A program made the position numbers and the translations under genes. From a virus (taxonomy: Duplodnaviria; Heunggongvirae; Uroviricota; Caudoviricetes), in the IMG/VR virus record IMGVR_UViG_3300036944_001243: DNA of 58,955 bases; one strand, written 5' to 3'. Positions 55,910 through 58,955 of the stretch are shown piece by piece. The notes beneath the pieces are model-generated. The model was not told where the DNA came from, did no database searches, and saw only the letters and a list, made by a program, of their open reading frames with translations. The first letter of the stretch is position 1; each line of letters opens with the position of its first letter.

Positions 55910-56568
55910 TGAACGAGTATTTTTTGCCAAACTTTGATCGTAAATGGGTGCTGCATTTGATTTTTATTCGAATCCCTAAAAATGCCAGCACCTCAGTTTA
56001 CCAACATTTGGGCGCTTTTAACTTAGTTAATAAATACAGTTCTTCTTTTATGAAGAACGTGAACAAGCCTTTGTATAAGGGGTGGTTTGATCCTACTCAT
56101 GCAAAGCCTTCTGAGATTGCCAGCATTCTACCAGTCAAATGTTCTGATTATTATTCTTTTGCGATAGTTAGAAATCCTTGGGATCGATTTGTATCTATGT
56201 ATTCATTCGCTAATAAGATGCAAATCTGGAAACTATTTGGTTTAAAAGAAGAGCCCTCGTTCGAAAAGTTTTGCGACATTACAAAAGAAAAATTCTCAAA
56301 TAAAGCTGCTGATTTTTTTCCTATTCAAGATCAAATGGAATGGATGTCTGGAGCGTTCCAGCCAAAACAAATTCTTCGTTTTGAAAATCTTCAGCCATCG
56401 TTTGAGCAGATGCTTTTGGATTTGAGAGTTACTCACATCCCAGCAAAACTGCCTCATGTAAATTCTACAGAACATAAGCACTATAGACAATACTACAACG
56501 ACAAATCGCGAAAATTAGTCGAAGAAATATTTCATCGCGATATTGAAACTTTTAAATATACTTTTTAA
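55909..56568 (+). CDS. Sulfotransferase (Sulfotransfer_2 family)
   Basis: 5'-PAPS loop FIRIPKNASTSV, 3'-PAPS motif VRNPWDRFVSMY, ILRFENL, YRQYY. Confidence 0.88.
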   Translation: MNEYFLPNFDRKWVLHLIFIRIPKNASTSVYQHLGAFNLVNKYSSSFMKNVNKPLYKGWFDPTHAKPSEIASILPVKCSDYYSFAIVRNPWDRFVSMYSFANKMQIWKLFGLKEEPSFEKFCDITKEKFSNKAADFFPIQDQMEWMSGAFQPKQILRFENLQPSFEQMLLDLRVTHIPAKLPHVNSTEHKHYRQYYNDKSRKLVEEIFHRDIETFKYTF

Positions 56569-56576
56569 TATATACA

Positions 56577-56813
56577 ATGAAAGCAAAAATTATTGGCATC
56601 AGCGATAGTCTTTCCCATTTTTCACTATCTCAGCAGATCGAATTTGACATTAAACATTTGGAGCATAAAATGCACGAATTATTTATTGATGGCAAAAAAC
56701 ACATCATTGAAATTTCCGAAACTTTCTTTGTAAATAAAAACACTGTCATCATCAAAGGCTACATCAGCGACAATGTGAACGTGGGCAAGATTGGGATTGA
56801 AATTACTTTTTAA
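56577..56813 (+). CDS. Hypothetical protein
   Basis: 78-aa ORF following the sulfotransferase. Confidence 0.6.
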   Translation: MKAKIIGISDSLSHFSLSQQIEFDIKHLEHKMHELFIDGKKHIIEISETFFVNKNTVIIKGYISDNVNVGKIGIEITF

Positions 56814-56840
56814 TTCTCTACAAAAATTTGAAATTTGTTC

Positions 56841-56869
56841 TTGACGGCGGCAACATTTTAGAATACAGT
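56841..56869 (+). promoter_or_regulatory. sigma70 promoter followed by an A/C-rich leader
   Basis: TTGACG-17-TACAGT, with an AT-rich upstream tract. Confidence 0.55.
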
Positions 56870-56950
56870 GATCTCGACAACGATTGAGGCGACAATAAAC
56901 CGCAGCAATCAAACTAAAATAACAACAAACTACTAAATAAACAAAAAAAA

Positions 56951-57145
56951 ATGAATCAGAACATCCGATACAGGGTTTACGACCATCGTGGCAATTATCA
57001 GCAGTCCTACAGTAATCAACTGGCGGGCGGTTTTGGTTGGGCCAAGGATTGCGCGAAGCGAACCAGCGGGTATGTTGTTGAGCATGTGCTTCAAGATGGC
57101 AAGGAAACATCTTCTGAAGTGGTCTTCGACGTTCGAAACAAGTGA
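56951..57145 (+). CDS. Small hypothetical protein
   Basis: 64 aa; preceded by an A-run; GTGA-coupled to the next ORF. Confidence 0.65.
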   Translation: MNQNIRYRVYDHRGNYQQSYSNQLAGGFGWAKDCAKRTSGYVVEHVLQDGKETSSEVVFDVRNK

Positions 57146-57432
57146 GCGAGAAGGTAGAAATTAACGCCAACGATATTTTTCGATATGTCGTTGGCAATAC
57201 TACTATCGATCCAATTGAAGCTAAAATCAACTTCAATCATCGATATGAGGTCTTGGACGAATTGATCTATGATCACGAATCCAAGAAAACAATTCCTCAG
57301 ACTGGTGATTTTCTAGTCTTCTCAAAAAAGGTTTCCAGCCTTAGAAAGATGAGTCCTTCACTTGCGCGAGATTATATCATTGATCGATGCGAGGAACTGT
57401 CAAAAATGGATATTCGCGTTGACTTGAGTTGA
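57142..57432 (+). CDS. Hypothetical protein
   Basis: 96 aa; coupled on both sides. Confidence 0.65.
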   Translation: MSEKVEINANDIFRYVVGNTTIDPIEAKINFNHRYEVLDELIYDHESKKTIPQTGDFLVFSKKVSSLRKMSPSLARDYIIDRCEELSKMDIRVDLS

Positions 57433-58232
57433 TGGGTAAAAAAGTGGCTTTCATTGCTTTGACCAATTCATCATTTTTGAAGGATGGATTGATGCGGAAA
57501 TTCTTCTGCGAAGAGCGTTCTGATAAATATAATCTGTATATTCACAATAAAAATCCCATATCCAACGATTACTTCAAAAGATTTGAGATTCCAAGTGATT
57601 ATAAAACCGCAACTGAATGGGGCAAATACTCTTTGGTTTTGGCGACAGTGAGGCTTTTGATGTATGCTCTTAAAGATCCAGACAATGAAAAATTCGTTTT
57701 AATCAGTGAAAGCCACTGTCCGCTCTACAGCATTGATAAAGTTTGTCAGATTGTATTTGATGAGTATCCAGTTTTGTCTTTTAGTGATCAACCGCAAGAA
57801 GAACACTTGTGTCTTTTAAGATTCAAAAGACTTTTTTTGAATGAAAACAGAAATCCATTTGATCCAAAAAATGCGAAATTTGTTTCTCAGTGGTTTGTCT
57901 GCGGCAGAAGTGACGCTGAAGTTTTTACAAAACATGAAATAAAACTTCGCAAATATTTCGATACTTGCAGATTACGCTTTGCTGATGAGCTTTATTTTCA
58001 TTTGATTGCTCGCCATTTTAACGTTCCGCTCCAATACAAGACTTGCTGCCATTTTAATTGGAATTTAAAATCTTCCAAACGCTTGACAGATCTAGGCTTC
58101 AGGCAAAAACCGAAAACTTATTCGAAAATAAGCAATCGAGCAATTGACGTTTTTCGCAAAAAAAATGGTTGCATTTTTCTGAGAAAGGTATACGATGAAA
58201 CCATCTTAGACGAAGACTACCTACTGCAATGA
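57432..58232 (+). CDS. GT14/Branch-family (core-2/I-branching-like) glycosyltransferase
   Basis: KVAFIALT, YNLYIH, EWGKYSLVLA...LL..ALKDPDNEKFVLISESHCPL, SQWF, ADELYF. Confidence 0.8.
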   Translation: MGKKVAFIALTNSSFLKDGLMRKFFCEERSDKYNLYIHNKNPISNDYFKRFEIPSDYKTATEWGKYSLVLATVRLLMYALKDPDNEKFVLISESHCPLYSIDKVCQIVFDEYPVLSFSDQPQEEHLCLLRFKRLFLNENRNPFDPKNAKFVSQWFVCGRSDAEVFTKHEIKLRKYFDTCRLRFADELYFHLIARHFNVPLQYKTCCHFNWNLKSSKRLTDLGFRQKPKTYSKISNRAIDVFRKKNGCIFLRKVYDETILDEDYLLQ

Positions 58233-58879
58233 TCGTTAAACCCATCACAAAAAAAATCGCAAATGCTGTCGTATCGAACAAGCATTACTCAAGACGATTG
58301 GGTATTTTTTGGGAAGGTTTCGGCCTTTACGAAAATGACGTATTGATCGGAGTCTGCTGCTTTGGCCAACCGTCTGCGGCGATTCAAAAACACGCTTTTA
58401 AAAATCGCGATTTCAGACTTTACGAATTGACTCGACTCGTTGTAGATGCTGGACATAAAAACGCAGCATCGTTTTTGATTTCTCAGTCTCTCAAACTTCT
58501 TTCCGCAAAACCCTGTGCAATTGTCAGTTATGCTGATTCGGCTCATGGTCACTCTGGAATTGTTTATCAAGCTACAAATTGGCTATACACTGGAGCCACA
58601 CTGTCTCACGACAAACTGTATGTGATCGACGGAGTTCCAACCCACCCAATTACTTTACGCGATAAATTCGGCATTACTAAACCTGCTGCATGGGCGGCAG
58701 AAAATGGAATTCAAAAGATTCCCCCACAGCCAAAACACAGATACTTTTATTTTGTAGGAGATAAAAAGCAAAAAAGAAAGATGCTGGATAGCCTGCGCTA
58801 TTCGTTGATTTCTGATTATCCAAAATCCGCCAAAACAACTTACGATGCAGGAGAATTCGATTGCTCTAAATACTTATGA
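58229..58879 (+). CDS. Mu Mom-like GNAT DNA adenine-modification protein
   Basis: KHYS...GLYENDVLIGVCCFGQP...ELTRL...NAASFLISQSLK...VSYADSAHGHSGIVYQATNWLYTG. Confidence 0.75.
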   Translation: MIVKPITKKIANAVVSNKHYSRRLGIFWEGFGLYENDVLIGVCCFGQPSAAIQKHAFKNRDFRLYELTRLVVDAGHKNAASFLISQSLKLLSAKPCAIVSYADSAHGHSGIVYQATNWLYTGATLSHDKLYVIDGVPTHPITLRDKFGITKPAAWAAENGIQKIPPQPKHRYFYFVGDKKQKRKMLDSLRYSLISDYPKSAKTTYDAGEFDCSKYL

Positions 58880-58955
58880 ACATACTCAAGGGAACTAAAA
58901 CATATTTGATTGGCCCTATGCAATACGGCGATGGCAGATCATGGCGTGAGGATAT
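58876..58955 (+). CDS. 3'-partial ORF, possibly nucleoside 2-deoxyribosyltransferase-like
   Basis: MNILKGTKTYLIGPMQYGDGRSWRED; the YLxGPM...WR pattern is typical of that family, but only 26 aa are visible. Confidence 0.45.
   Translation, partial: MNILKGTKTYLIGPMQYGDGRSWRED

Noticed and set aside
56679-57236. 185-aa minus-strand ORF and the many 60-150-aa antisense ORFs in the track
   Set aside because: They are shadows of plus- or minus-strand genes, with no recognisable motifs and no initiation context.
1-58955. Alternative genetic code (TAG or TGA read-through)
   Set aside because: Genes tile the window densely and intact under code 11, and TGA is used as a coupled stop, so no recoding is needed.

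Overview
A 59-kb fragment of a large, AT-rich, tailed dsDNA bacteriophage with a lambda-like long non-contractile tail. No capsid, terminase, integrase, rRNA, tRNA or CRISPR array is visible. Left to right: the C-terminal ~2300 aa of a giant modular tape measure protein (TMP) and three tail genes; a leftward block (GT4 glycosyltransferase, SSB, small sigma70-family factor, dNMP kinase, dUTPase) with a GIY-YIG endonuclease inserted antisense; an NrdB/NrdA pair with a class Id signature; an AT-rich glycosyltransferase/methyltransferase island ending in gmd; a bacterial-type replication module (RecA, DnaB, DnaG, Cas4-like nuclease, and a DnaE split into PHP, DEDDh exonuclease and polymerase genes); a ClpA-like ATPase; a kinase-fold protein lacking its catalytic Asp; a repeat-rich tail fibre; a Whirly-like protein with GT4/GT9 genes; a lambda L-K-I-J tail-tip module on the minus strand; and a sulfotransferase, a GT14-like enzyme and a Mom-like DNA-modification gene. 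Leading candidates for undescribed biology: (1) a TMP built from GGxxPN-delimited cassettes carrying a nuclease-like and a cell-wall-hydrolase domain; (2) a dispersed glycan-building and decorating system, possibly acting on the Ser/Thr-Gly-rich virion proteins; (3) a GTGTAAnAT leaderless promoter class that may be read by the phage sigma factor; (4) the three-gene DnaE. All family assignments come from motif recognition by eye; no database searches were run.
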